This document shows, one piece after another, positions 27,899 to 38,371 of a stretch of DNA of 64,000 nucleotides. The stretch covers positions 1-64,000 of the forward strand of contig MEQL01000060.1 in the NCBI GenBank assembly GCA_001770205.1, read 5' to 3'. Numbering within the stretch: position 1 is the stretch's first letter; every line of letters begins with the position of its first letter. The notes under the pieces are model-generated. The model ran no database searches. It was not told where the DNA came from and saw only the letters and a program-made list of their open reading frames with translations. The position numbers were made by a program, and so were the translations under genes. The stretch is from Bdellovibrionales bacterium RIFOXYD12_FULL_39_22. GTDB taxonomy: Bacteria; Bdellovibrionota; Bacteriovoracia; Bacteriovoracales; Bacteriovoracaceae.

Positions 27899-28534
27899 AT
27901 GGGACTTAGAGAGCAAAATAAATTAAAAACCAAAAAGAAAATATTAGCAGTCAGCACCGCCCTCTTCGTGAAAAACGGTTTTGAAAATGTTGGTATCAGA
28001 GATATCGTTAGCAAAAGCAGCATCAGCATTGGAACATACTATAATTATTTTACCACCAAAGAAGACATTGTCTTTGCTCTAATCGATGAAATCGTCCCTG
28101 ATCTTTTCAACAAATGGTCCAGCGAAAATATGGAAAAACAGGCCAGTGATGTAACCGGCATTATCACCTTGGTGTTCAAGCTTCACTTTGATATTTTTTC
28201 TAAAAAAATATTTATCGTTAAGGAATTTTTTAATATTGTAACCAATCCCAATCTAGTTATGAAAAACTCTCTCTACAAGGACAAAATATCAGAATACAAG
28301 ACCATTTTTTGGAATTTCGTTCTTGAGGTGTTGATAAAAAACAATATCAATCCAAATCCTCATAACTATGAAAATTTAAAATCCTTCTTTTGGGCCATCT
28401 ACATCACCAGTGTTTATTACTGGATACAAGACACCTCCCCGAAAAAGCAAAATACATTCGCTTACCTTAAAACCACTCTCGATACCTTTCTTTACGGAGT
28501 AACTGATTCATGCATCTCTTTAAACAGAAACTAA
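27899..28534 (+). CDS. TetR/AcrR family transcriptional regulator
   Basis: MGLREQNK..TK..IL...LF...GF....IRDI....IS.GT.YNYF.TKE HTH signature. Confidence 0.95.
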   Translation: MGLREQNKLKTKKKILAVSTALFVKNGFENVGIRDIVSKSSISIGTYYNYFTTKEDIVFALIDEIVPDLFNKWSSENMEKQASDVTGIITLVFKLHFDIFSKKIFIVKEFFNIVTNPNLVMKNSLYKDKISEYKTIFWNFVLEVLIKNNINPNPHNYENLKSFFWAIYITSVYYWIQDTSPKKQNTFAYLKTTLDTFLYGVTDSCISLNRN

Positions 28535-28644
28535 ACTCTTTTTACAACAACGCCACGTAACCATTTGGCGCATACAGTTCCCATTTTTATGCTGAGTTCA
28601 AGTATAATGAAATTCTAAAAAATTTACTGCTGTATAAATACTTA

Positions 28645-30276
28645 CTAATAAATTGTTGTAAACAGCAAGCTAAACGGCCGCAAAGCGTTAGTCAGCTTCA
28701 TGGTATACATCAACTCATATATATTAGCGTTAGTAGCATCCGGCAAAAAGCCCCCAAAAGTTACGGCATCTGGCCGCCAAGTGCGTGGCCGTCCGTAGGT
28801 ATAATTCCAGGCCCACTCTCTCCGCTTCGTTCCCGGGCCTTCGGGAGTTACCCACTGGCCAACTCCTCTTATATCGAATCCACCCCGAGCACTCATCATA
28901 TCAATATCGTCAAAGGTGGTAGGAAAGTATTTTTGTAAACTCTCCTGATATTTAAAGGCGGCACGTACGTTGATGCTAATCTTCTTTCCGGTAACATCAC
29001 TGGCCAAGATAACCGCTTCGCCATTTTTACTCTCTCGATATAAACGGGCCCGCTCCGATAATTCATTAAATTTTACTTTATGGTTTAAAAGCAATTGATT
29101 CGGATCTAACAAAAAATATTTTCCTTTTACGACAAAGTGCTCCTCTTCTTGGAAGCCAATTCTAACAAATTCCTGAGACACATCCCGCTCCAACATGTCT
29201 CTCTCTAAATCTTTACAGTTGTAGTCTGCAGGAATTTCCTCACCTTGTATGATCATTTCCGGATATTTGATACTGCAAACATAGCCCTCCAGATCACTTT
29301 GAGCGGCCAGCGCAAAATGGTCAAAAGATTTTTGTAATTTTTGATTGGCCGTACTCTCATCGTAGCGGGCCTTAAGCAACGTTGGAAATTTTCTCAACTG
29401 TTCATAAATCTCTTTCCTGGTAATTACTTGCGGCAGGCCACGGCCTTTACCTAAAGTAAGAAAGCGATTCGTCATATTGTTTATCGCCGAAAATTTTAAA
29501 ACTTCATTCATTGCGGCCGGAGTATCATCCAAATTATAACAATCCAAGTAGTAGATTGTTCCCACCATTCTCGCTAGTCCAGAAATAATGTAGCTCATAT
29601 ATGGCCGAATAAAAGTCTTCTTGGCATCATCGGGATCTAGAAAGCGTCGATCCTTATCCTCTCCTACCCAAATAGATTTATCAAACTCAAACTGAAAAAG
29701 TTCTGGTTTGGCGGCCATCATATCCCGAGCAACAAAGAGCATCATTTCCATTCCTGGAAGAACTTCTTTGGCCAAAAAATTTTGCACCTCTGAAATCTTT
29801 TTAAACATTGTCTTGGCCGGATCCTTCGGCGGATCAGTCAAGTAATGAAAGAGAACTTCCACATGCGGGCCATAGATATAGCGGTTTTCATAGATTTGTC
29901 TTAAGCGATATAAAATTGCCAAGTGAGTTAAGTCAGTATCTTCTACAATCCCACGTAACCGCCATAAAATTCCTTCAAATAAAGGTAGCGGTTCTACAAA
30001 CATCTTAAATATTTGCACTCCTAAGAAGTTCGGATTTGCTTTGGCCAATTCAATAATTTCTTGGCGCACTTTTAAAAGATCTGCCTTGGAATTGATCAGC
30101 ATGATCTTATTGCGAATATCGTCAATAACCGGCTGTTGATCACTACTTTCCATGGCCACACTCCGCTCTGGAGTTGGTTTAGAAAGCGACACATAGTTCA
30201 CTTTGTAGTAAAGGTGAAAACTTAAAATTCCAGCAAAGAATCCTAAAATGGCAAAAACTGTCTTGATGTCACGCAT
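28645..30276 (-). CDS. Hypothetical membrane-anchored/exported protein
   Basis: Start reassigned to ATG 30276 (AAGGAG RBS); N-terminal TM; long ORF with no recognised domain. Confidence 0.6.
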   Translation of the reverse strand: MRDIKTVFAILGFFAGILSFHLYYKVNYVSLSKPTPERSVAMESSDQQPVIDDIRNKIMLINSKADLLKVRQEIIELAKANPNFLGVQIFKMFVEPLPLFEGILWRLRGIVEDTDLTHLAILYRLRQIYENRYIYGPHVEVLFHYLTDPPKDPAKTMFKKISEVQNFLAKEVLPGMEMMLFVARDMMAAKPELFQFEFDKSIWVGEDKDRRFLDPDDAKKTFIRPYMSYIISGLARMVGTIYYLDCYNLDDTPAAMNEVLKFSAINNMTNRFLTLGKGRGLPQVITRKEIYEQLRKFPTLLKARYDESTANQKLQKSFDHFALAAQSDLEGYVCSIKYPEMIIQGEEIPADYNCKDLERDMLERDVSQEFVRIGFQEEEHFVVKGKYFLLDPNQLLLNHKVKFNELSERARLYRESKNGEAVILASDVTGKKISINVRAAFKYQESLQKYFPTTFDDIDMMSARGGFDIRGVGQWVTPEGPGTKRREWAWNYTYGRPRTWRPDAVTFGGFLPDATNANIYELMYTMKLTNALRPFSLLFTTIY

Positions 30277-30418
30277 AAAAATCTCCTTGGCGTAAAAACG
30301 CAACACCACTATATCGACACTTTCCTTTTAAATTTTATTCCCTCCACTATTTTATTTGTACCGGGCAACAATAACCCACTATTTGCAAAAGAACATTTAC
30401 AGCATTGAATATATAGAT

Positions 30419-31363
30419 ATGAAAATATTCCCACTACTAACTAACGAAATTGCTCCAACTCTTTTTTTAATTGTTAATCTTCTTGTTTTCTTCACTTTGC
30501 TATTTTGGATCTTAGGCCTTATTTTTCCACAAAAAAATTTTGATGACCTAAAAACCAAAACTTACGCCTGGTGGATAATCTTTTTTTGCTATGTTTTCAT
30601 GACACTTATCTCCTTTAAGATTTTTATTATTTCAATGGCCGCTCTTTCCTTCATTGCTTTTCGCGAACTAATTTCAAAGCTAGATATTTCCTTTCAATCA
30701 CGTCGAATAATTTTTTGGGCATACTTGGCCATTCCTGTCCAATATTATCTTATCTATAAAGGGCTAATGTTTGCCTACTTAATTTTCATTCCCGTTGGGA
30801 TGTTTTACTTTATACCCTTGCGCGCAATTTTATCGGGTATTACTAAAGATAGCGTTAAAGTTTTTTCTACCATCTACTGGGGATTAATGCTCACCGTTTT
30901 TGGCCTTGGCCATCTGGCATTCTACTTCTCACTCCCACAAGTGGCCGGATCTGGGGCCGGGCCATCCGGAATCATTCTATTTCTTGTGTTTATGACAGAG
31001 ATGAATGACATCTTTCAATTTATCTGTGGAAAACTTTTTGGCCGTCACAAAATCTCTCCCCAAATCAGTCCCAATAAAACCGTAGAAGGATTCATTGGTG
31101 GGTTGTTTTTTACTACTTTGGCAGGATATTTTCTACGTAACTTACTACCCTTTAACTCCACTCAAACAATCATTGCCTCGGCGCTGATTGCCATCAGTGG
31201 TTTTTTTGGTGACCTAAATATGTCGGCCATAAAAAGAGATCTACAGATAAAAGATATGGGGAATTTTATTCCTGGCCATGGTGGACTTTTAGATAGAATC
31301 GACTCGCTACTATTTTCGGCAGTTATGTTCTTCTATCTCTATTACTATTGGATTTATACCTAG
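30419..31363 (+). CDS. cdsA: Phosphatidate cytidylyltransferase (CdsA/YnbB family)
   Basis: Polytopic membrane protein; ND..Q...GK.FG.H...P.ISPNKT.EG and KRD..IKD.G..IPGHGG.LDRIDS motifs. Confidence 0.9.
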   Translation: MKIFPLLTNEIAPTLFLIVNLLVFFTLLFWILGLIFPQKNFDDLKTKTYAWWIIFFCYVFMTLISFKIFIISMAALSFIAFRELISKLDISFQSRRIIFWAYLAIPVQYYLIYKGLMFAYLIFIPVGMFYFIPLRAILSGITKDSVKVFSTIYWGLMLTVFGLGHLAFYFSLPQVAGSGAGPSGIILFLVFMTEMNDIFQFICGKLFGRHKISPQISPNKTVEGFIGGLFFTTLAGYFLRNLLPFNSTQTIIASALIAISGFFGDLNMSAIKRDLQIKDMGNFIPGHGGLLDRIDSLLFSAVMFFYLYYYWIYT

Positions 31364-31620
31364 CCCAAGTTATTCATGATAATTGATTGCCATTTTTTGC
31401 CGCAATGAATTTCTATAAGCATAACTTTGCCTATAATCCTTGGATTGCACGACCAACCAAATGGCCAAACATAATACGAGGGCAAGTTTAATTTCTTTCA
31501 TAGATACTACACCAAGGATAATATCGGACTATTCATTGAAGAACTTAAATTATGGCCTTATAATATTGTTTGCAATTAAAACTTTTACCCTACACTCAAA
31601 CACTATTTAGAGGGCCTATT

Positions 31621-32565
31621 ATGCGTAATTTATTTTTTTCTCTTCCTTGTTTTTTTTGTTGTCTAATGCTCTCTTCTTGCTCTGACATAAAAAAACTCAA
31701 AGAAGAAAATAAAACTCTTTCGGAAAAAGTTACGGCCTACGAACAAAATATTGCGGAACTGAGCGCAAAACTGGCCACCACGGAAAGCTCTTTGTTGGCC
31801 GCTACCGCCGAGCTGGCACAAGTAAAAGGCGAGCGCGATCAATTCAAAACAGACAGCGATAAACTACAAACAGTCGAATCAGAGCTGGCCTCACTCCGAG
31901 AAAGTGATCGTGGTTTTTATGATAAGACTCTCTCTTTGCACAATAAATCACAGGAGAGTCTCGCCTTAGCGGATTTAACCGAGGCCCAAACATCCTGGGA
32001 GACCTTTTTACAAAAATATCCTAATTCAGATCTTGTCACCAAAGCACAAGAATATTTAAAAGAGACAAAAAAACAGGCCTTGATTGCTGGCCCTATTGCT
32101 GAAGGCGAAAGAAAAATTGATGAAGCACTAAAAAAATATGAATTCAACAATGCCTACTATGAATTAAATAAGATCAAAAATGATCTTCCGAAAGATCGCT
32201 TTAATAAAAATCGCAAAAAAATTGAAGAGGCCATCAAACGGCCTATTATCTTTGCCAATTATGATGAATTTTATGATAACTCAGTGGCCGGACTTTGGCT
32301 GGATGCTCGTTACAAGGTCTATGCCAAAATTGATAGTAAAGGCGTTCGTTTTTGCAATCCAACTTTGCCCGACTGCTCTTTTGAACATTCCGTTAAAGTT
32401 CGAAAACAGTTAAGCAAAAAGAAGGAAGGGGAATTAAAAAAGATTTTTGGCAAGGCATCTTGCTTTGATATTTTTATGAAAAACAAATGGATCTATATAC
32501 GCGACTTCAAAGAACAAGAGTGTCCGGCCGCAACCTCTCCGGAAGAGGAAGCAACTGACTTATAA
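31621..32565 (+). CDS. Coiled-coil lipoprotein of unknown function
   Basis: Start ATG 31621; lipobox LSSC; heptad coiled coil; FLQKYPNS TPR-like turn; Cys-containing C-terminal domain. Confidence 0.6.
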   Translation: MRNLFFSLPCFFCCLMLSSCSDIKKLKEENKTLSEKVTAYEQNIAELSAKLATTESSLLAATAELAQVKGERDQFKTDSDKLQTVESELASLRESDRGFYDKTLSLHNKSQESLALADLTEAQTSWETFLQKYPNSDLVTKAQEYLKETKKQALIAGPIAEGERKIDEALKKYEFNNAYYELNKIKNDLPKDRFNKNRKKIEEAIKRPIIFANYDEFYDNSVAGLWLDARYKVYAKIDSKGVRFCNPTLPDCSFEHSVKVRKQLSKKKEGELKKIFGKASCFDIFMKNKWIYIRDFKEQECPAATSPEEEATDL

Positions 32566-32649
32566 GCATGATGATGCTTTTCATTGTTAAAACTTGCTTG
32601 ACGATGCTTTAATTTACCCGGAATTCCTCAATCAATTAGAAAACCTTCA

Positions 32650-33447
32650 CTAGAAAAATTGAGAAGGCAGCACTCCACCAAAGAGATCTTCAAAAACTGT
32701 TCGCGTGGGACGACGTGGATATTTTTTCCTTTCAAGCTCTCGCATCTTTATTTTTAGTCCGGCCTTTTGCACTGGTGTTACTTCCACAAACTTAACACCT
32801 AAAGCATTAATGGAACTACCTGGCAGCGTAGTTTTATGAACAATCTCTCCTTTGATACAAAAATGATCTTCCAAGATTATTGTCCTAATTTCAATTTTTT
32901 GGCCAATATCAAAATCAGAAATATGTCTAAGCAACATCCCTCCCTCCGAAATATTTACTGACTCAGTATTAAAAAAATGATCGTAGCTATACTTGCTAAT
33001 GTTACAATTGCAAGCAATCGTATAGCGGGGAGCTCCCTCCCACCAGCGAAGTTTGGGGTTGTAATAACTGTGTTTAATTGTAGAAAAAATAAAATACAAG
33101 ACAATTGCAATATTAATAATAGTGAAAATTACCACCGAAAAAAACATTAGATATTGGCCATTTTCATAAAGTGCAAATAAAGAGCGTCCATTGGCCCAAA
33201 TAATCCAGGCCTCAACCAAAAGAAATAAAAAATAACTCCATCTTCGCACCAGTAAAATTAAAAGGCCGGCAATTGGAAAAAGGGCCACTTCTTCAATAAA
33301 AGTAAGTAGAGAAGAATGAGACAATTCAAAGAGAAAAAGATCAACTGCCGAAACATGTTCTAAAAATCCGTGCAGGAGTAACTTGAATGGAGGTAGTAAA
33401 ATGTAGAACATGGCCAACAGAACTAATATAAATGGTTTTCTTGCCAA
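32650..33447 (-). CDS. Membrane protein with C-terminal PilZ domain
   Basis: Four TM segments then NPKLRWWE..PRY and NISEGG, GVKF PilZ motifs. Confidence 0.8.
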   Translation of the reverse strand: MARKPFILVLLAMFYILLPPFKLLLHGFLEHVSAVDLFLFELSHSSLLTFIEEVALFPIAGLLILLVRRWSYFLFLLVEAWIIWANGRSLFALYENGQYLMFFSVVIFTIINIAIVLYFIFSTIKHSYYNPKLRWWEGAPRYTIACNCNISKYSYDHFFNTESVNISEGGMLLRHISDFDIGQKIEIRTIILEDHFCIKGEIVHKTTLPGSSINALGVKFVEVTPVQKAGLKIKMRELERKKYPRRPTRTVFEDLFGGVLPSQFF

Positions 33448-33538
33448 AAGAGACTCCTTCTCAACTTATGTGCTATAAGCAAAGTATAGTTCATATGGCC
33501 AAAAATCAGCAACTGCTTTTAAAATTCACTAATTTTGC

Positions 33539-34720
33539 CTATCCAACTATGCGCACATTATCCAAATAAGAATTATCATCCCTGATCTGCTTCAAGGCCA
33601 AAAGTGAAAAAATAATTGAAATTATATATGGTACAAAGAAAGAAATTAATATCGCTTTAGTAGTAATATAAATGGGAATTTTTCTATCCATAAAAATGGC
33701 CGGCATTATTTCTGGCCCATATTTGTCAAGTAACCATAAGCTAATTAGTCCTGTTCCTACTCCTAAAAAAATGGTTATAAAGCTTAGATTAAAAAGAAAA
33801 ATAGTGGTAACAGAATCAATTTGTTTTTTTGATGCTCCCAAAATCCAAAAACTGGTTAAATCACTTTTTATCTTATTAAAGAAAATAAAAAGTCCAGACG
33901 TTATACATAGCGAAACTAAAAAAGACATGGCCACAAAAAGAAAAATCATAACTGAGGACTCTAATTGCAAGGCCCAAACTAACGCACTATTTTCTCGCTC
34001 CCATGACTTAATTGATAGTATTTGTTGGCCAAATTTTTTCTGTAAATCTTTCTCCAATTTTAACAAATCTTTTGCCCAAAAAATCCTAACTCTATTAATG
34101 GCCGGTAGTTTTACTAAATTTTGCACAAAAGGCAAACGAACCCAGACATTGAATTCATCGGCCTCTGGTACGGAAGTATCAATTATCTTATCCACAAAGG
34201 TAGAACTAACTCGAGGAATGTCTCCAAAAAAAGAATCAACATGCGCTGGGGAGACAAATTGAATCTCATCTCCAACATCTAAGTTTAACTTTAAGGCCAA
34301 ATATGTCGGAATAATAACGTTATCAATTTTGTCTGACTGCAAAAACTTTGGAAGTTTCACATCTTGAGCAATCCCATGCAAAATGGCCGGAGAGGTGTAG
34401 TTCATATGTCGCATCATTACCTCTACTTCGTACTCTAAAGAATATTTGACATTGGCATTATTTAAATAATTTCGCCAATCATCAAGAAGATCTTCTTCGA
34501 CATAATCCGCCGTCTGCTCCTTGAGATAAACTACGGCAATACCTTGTACACTTTTCGAGCGTTCCATCAACTTATGTTGCAATCCGCTCATGGTACTTTG
34601 TACGAAAATAAGCGCAAAAGAAGAGATGAAAAGTCCCAAGAGTGCAAGAAAAAGCAAACGCTGCTTGGTCTTTGAAAAAAATATATATCCTGTAAAATAT
34701 TTTAAGAAATGGATAATCAC
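33539..34720 (-). CDS. ABC transporter permease, LolC/E (FtsX/MacB) family
   Basis: TM1, large periplasmic domain, SWEREN..L..AL.LE, three C-terminal TMs, ILGAS. Confidence 0.85.
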   Translation of the reverse strand: MIIHFLKYFTGYIFFSKTKQRLLFLALLGLFISSFALIFVQSTMSGLQHKLMERSKSVQGIAVVYLKEQTADYVEEDLLDDWRNYLNNANVKYSLEYEVEVMMRHMNYTSPAILHGIAQDVKLPKFLQSDKIDNVIIPTYLALKLNLDVGDEIQFVSPAHVDSFFGDIPRVSSTFVDKIIDTSVPEADEFNVWVRLPFVQNLVKLPAINRVRIFWAKDLLKLEKDLQKKFGQQILSIKSWERENSALVWALQLESSVMIFLFVAMSFLVSLCITSGLFIFFNKIKSDLTSFWILGASKKQIDSVTTIFLFNLSFITIFLGVGTGLISLWLLDKYGPEIMPAIFMDRKIPIYITTKAILISFFVPYIISIIFSLLALKQIRDDNSYLDNVRIVG

Positions 34721-34729
34721 AAAGGTCCC

Positions 34730-36877
34730 TTAAACATCATAAAAACGTTGCTGCTTTTCCACCAAGTCTCGTAAATATTTACACGTTTGATATCTATCAA
34801 CGCTAACTTCACTAGCATATTTATCCATTTTTTCTACGATAGAGGCAATGCCCTCACTGTCTGCATATTTGAGTAATCCACCTCTAAAGGGAGGAAGGCC
34901 AATTCCCATAATTAATCCTAAATCTACGTCCCCGGCCGTTCCAACAATACCTTCATCTAAAATAATTGCCGCCTCATTTATCATTGGAAGTAATAATCGC
35001 CATTGAATATCTTGCTCGGCCATATTTTTAAATTTACTAGGCCCATTTTCCACTACAAAATTATTCATCCCGCAACTTTTTCCATCTTCATCATAACGAT
35101 AAAATCCCAAATTACTTTTTTTACCGAGAGCACCACTTTCAAAAACTTTAAAAACAAAAGGACTCGGCCGCATCCGCTCACCCAAAGCATGATGTAATAT
35201 TTTTCCGACTTTAACTCCCACGTCAATTCCCACTTCATCCATCAATCTAAACGGCCCCATCGGCATACCAAAAGCAAGCGCGGCATTATCAATATCGGCA
35301 ACACTAACACCTTCCTCATAGAGATAAGATGCTTCATTTAAATAAGGGGCCAAAATTCTATTAACTAAAAAACCCGGCCCATCTTTGACAATAATCGGAG
35401 TCTTTTTAATTTTATTGCACCACTGATGAACCGTTTTAACCACCAACGGACTAACCTTGTCATGAGTAATAATTTCCACCAGCGGCATTCGATGTACCGG
35501 ATTAAAAAAATGCAACCCTAAAAAGCGTGATGAATCCTTAAATGCCGCGGCCATCTCTGTCACACTGAGAGAAGAGGTGTTACTGGCAATGATGCAATCA
35601 CTGGTGACAAATTCTTCTACTTCCGCAAAAACTTTCTTTTTAAGATCCATGTTTTCAACAACCGCTTCTACAATCAAGTGTGCCTTCTTAAATCCGTCAT
35701 ACCCTAGCTGTGTTGAAATTGAACGTTGTTTTTTTTCGAAATCGTCATAGCTCATTTTTTTCTTTTTTACCGAACGCCAAAAATTAGCAGATGATTGTTT
35801 TAGGCCCAACTCTAAAGCATCAATGGTGATATCTTTCATCACTGGCCGCATTCCATGATCGGCCATCAACCAAGCAATACCTCCACCCATCGTTCCTGCC
35901 CCTAAAACTACTCCCCTCGAAAGTGGTAAGGGATCACGCATCTCTATTGGCCCCAAATATTTTTTTGACTTATCTATTAAGAAAAAAATCTCCCTCAGTC
36001 GCTTGCTCTGTTCTGACATTGCCAACTTAGCGAAGGCCTCCGCTTCTGCATTGAGGGCATACTGTCTCTTTTTTCCAGCAGTATTCTCTAATAATTCCAA
36101 AATTTTCATTGGCGCTTGATAAAATCCTTTTGTTTCTTTAAGCGTTGCTTCCCGCGCTTTTTGAAAAATTAATTTGCGCGCAATAAAATTATCTATTGCT
36201 AAATTTTCAATTGATTTTAAAACAGAGTTATTGGCCTTCTTTTTAGTTAAAAACTTCAAGGCCATATCCAGCAGACGCTCTTTAGGAAAAACCTCTACAA
36301 CAAGTCCTAGCGATTTTGCTTTAAAGGCATTTACTTTTTTTCCAGTTAAAATTAAATCCAAGGCATTTGGAATGCCAATACGCAAAGGCAGTCGATATGT
36401 TCCACCAAACCCTGGTAAAATTCCCAATTGCACTTCTGGTAATCCCAGCGAAGTACTTGGTGAATTGGAGGCCAATATTTTTTTGCAGGCCAAGGCCAAC
36501 TCTAATCCTCCTCCCAAGCAAATACCATCAATACAAGCAATTGTTGGTAGCGGAAGATCTTCTATTAAATTAAATATCTCTTGGCCTTTACTTGAACCGG
36601 CCTTACACTCTTCTTCACTTTTTAAACTATCAATCAAATTGATGTCCGCTCCGGCCAAAAAAACACCATCTTTATGAGAAAAAAAGATTACTCCTGAAAT
36701 AGCATCATCTTCCCGAAAATTTTTTATTTTCTCTATACATTTTTTTAACTCGAACAAGGTTTTTTCATCTAGTACGGGCATGGCCTTTTGTTTATTTTTA
36801 CCAAAGCCAATGTAGGCAATATTCTCTATCACCTCATAACTAATATTCTCGTAATTATTATCCATTTCTCTATCCAT
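34730..36877 (-). CDS. fadJ: Fatty acid oxidation complex alpha subunit (enoyl-CoA hydratase/3-hydroxyacyl-CoA dehydrogenase)
   Basis: GGGLELALAC, GLPEVQLG, GAGTMGGG, ASNTSSL, HFFNPV, PGFLVNR. Confidence 0.93.
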   Translation of the reverse strand: MDREMDNNYENISYEVIENIAYIGFGKNKQKAMPVLDEKTLFELKKCIEKIKNFREDDAISGVIFFSHKDGVFLAGADINLIDSLKSEEECKAGSSKGQEIFNLIEDLPLPTIACIDGICLGGGLELALACKKILASNSPSTSLGLPEVQLGILPGFGGTYRLPLRIGIPNALDLILTGKKVNAFKAKSLGLVVEVFPKERLLDMALKFLTKKKANNSVLKSIENLAIDNFIARKLIFQKAREATLKETKGFYQAPMKILELLENTAGKKRQYALNAEAEAFAKLAMSEQSKRLREIFFLIDKSKKYLGPIEMRDPLPLSRGVVLGAGTMGGGIAWLMADHGMRPVMKDITIDALELGLKQSSANFWRSVKKKKMSYDDFEKKQRSISTQLGYDGFKKAHLIVEAVVENMDLKKKVFAEVEEFVTSDCIIASNTSSLSVTEMAAAFKDSSRFLGLHFFNPVHRMPLVEIITHDKVSPLVVKTVHQWCNKIKKTPIIVKDGPGFLVNRILAPYLNEASYLYEEGVSVADIDNAALAFGMPMGPFRLMDEVGIDVGVKVGKILHHALGERMRPSPFVFKVFESGALGKKSNLGFYRYDEDGKSCGMNNFVVENGPSKFKNMAEQDIQWRLLLPMINEAAIILDEGIVGTAGDVDLGLIMGIGLPPFRGGLLKYADSEGIASIVEKMDKYASEVSVDRYQTCKYLRDLVEKQQRFYDV

Positions 36878-36906
36878 CGCTATCTCCTTAGCTTTTGGCC
36901 TGATCC

Positions 36907-38193
36907 TTAAAGTAAATTTTCAATCAATACTGCTCCACCTTGCCCACCGCCAATACAAAGCGATGCTACTCCATATTTTCCACGTCTTCGCCGCAACTCA
37001 TGGGCCAGAGAACAAATCAAACGACTACCTGTTGATCCCACTGGATGCCCCAATGCGATGGCACCACCATTGACATTGAGTTTCTCATAAGGAATTTCTC
37101 CCCATACTCGATTAATTCCAAAACGAGAGGCAACTTTGCCATCTTTCATCCCTCGCAACACGGCCAATACTTGTGCCGCAAATGCCTCGTTGATTTCAAA
37201 AAGATCGACATCTTCTATTTTTTTTGCCGTTCGTTCAAGCAATCCATTCATCGCAATTAGAGGTCCCATCCCCATACGCTCGGGGGCCAATCCACCAAAA
37301 AAGTAATCAATCACTTTTGCCATCGGGCGCAGATTATATTTCTTCACACTTTCTTCATTGGCCAGAAGAAGCATTGAGCCTCCATCGGTGATAGGACAGC
37401 TATTACCCACAGTAACTGTGCCAGATTTTTTATCAAAGTAGGGTTTCATTTTTGCCAATCCCTCCACCGAAGAATTGGAACGATAACCAATATCTTTTGT
37501 TATCAGCTTTTCTAATTTGCTGCCCGCAATGATAGGAACAACCTCATCAGCAATTCGGTTACTCTCCCAAGCAATCGTGGCCTTTTTATGTGATTCATTA
37601 GCAAAAATATCTTGCTCTTCTCTTGTTATGTTCAATTCACGGGCCAATAACTCCGCCGTCTGGCCCATGTTTAGTCCACTAAAAGGATCAGTAAGTCCCT
37701 GTTCAATAGCGATAACTGGCGATAGATAATATGGACGAAATGCCGCCAATGCTTTTATGCGATCCGGTAATGTTTTTGCGCTCATAAGTTTGGAAAAAAG
37801 CTCAGTCATATCCCGATTAAAAATAAGTGGCATCTGAGACATTGACTCCACTCCTCCGGCCAATACCACAGAGGCCCGCCCAGTTTTTATTTTCAAAAAC
37901 CCCTGGGAGACCGCCTCCATCCCCGAAGCGCAGTTACGATTTACAGTATAGGCGGAAGTCTTTTCGTGAAGGCCGGCATCAAGGGCAATTACTCGCGAAA
38001 TGTTGGGATACTTGGCCGGTGTACCGATATTTCCGATTATTACCTCATCTATTCCATCGTCTGGTATTTCCACCTTATCCATAATATGGCGCAAAAGAGG
38101 TATTCCTAAAAATGGGGCGGCCACATTTTTAAAATCTAATCCGGCCTTGGCCTGAGGAGTTCGATTAGCATCAACAATAAAAACATCGTTCAT
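36907..38193 (-). CDS. fadI: Acetyl-CoA acyltransferase (thiolase)
   Basis: NRNCASG, NEAFA, GHPVGSTG, CIGGGQG; adjacent to fadJ. Confidence 0.93.
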   Translation of the reverse strand: MNDVFIVDANRTPQAKAGLDFKNVAAPFLGIPLLRHIMDKVEIPDDGIDEVIIGNIGTPAKYPNISRVIALDAGLHEKTSAYTVNRNCASGMEAVSQGFLKIKTGRASVVLAGGVESMSQMPLIFNRDMTELFSKLMSAKTLPDRIKALAAFRPYYLSPVIAIEQGLTDPFSGLNMGQTAELLARELNITREEQDIFANESHKKATIAWESNRIADEVVPIIAGSKLEKLITKDIGYRSNSSVEGLAKMKPYFDKKSGTVTVGNSCPITDGGSMLLLANEESVKKYNLRPMAKVIDYFFGGLAPERMGMGPLIAMNGLLERTAKKIEDVDLFEINEAFAAQVLAVLRGMKDGKVASRFGINRVWGEIPYEKLNVNGGAIALGHPVGSTGSRLICSLAHELRRRRGKYGVASLCIGGGQGGAVLIENLL

Positions 38194-38304
38194 AGATAGT
38201 CATCCTTGATTACTTTTTGATAAAAGTTGAACAAAAAAATTGGACAATAAAATGATAGTGCAAAATTTACTGTTGATAAAGGAGAAGATTTTTTGAGTTC
38301 TAAC

Positions 38305-38343
38305 AAAAAAGCAGTCGGGAACAACCAATATGCTATTCCCGAC
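38305..38343 (-). terminator. Probable intrinsic terminator of the 38372 gene
   Basis: GTCGGGAA/TTCCCGAC stem followed by T-run on the - strand. Confidence 0.55.
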
Positions 38344-38371
38344 CGTTATGATTCAATTGTGCTATTCACAA

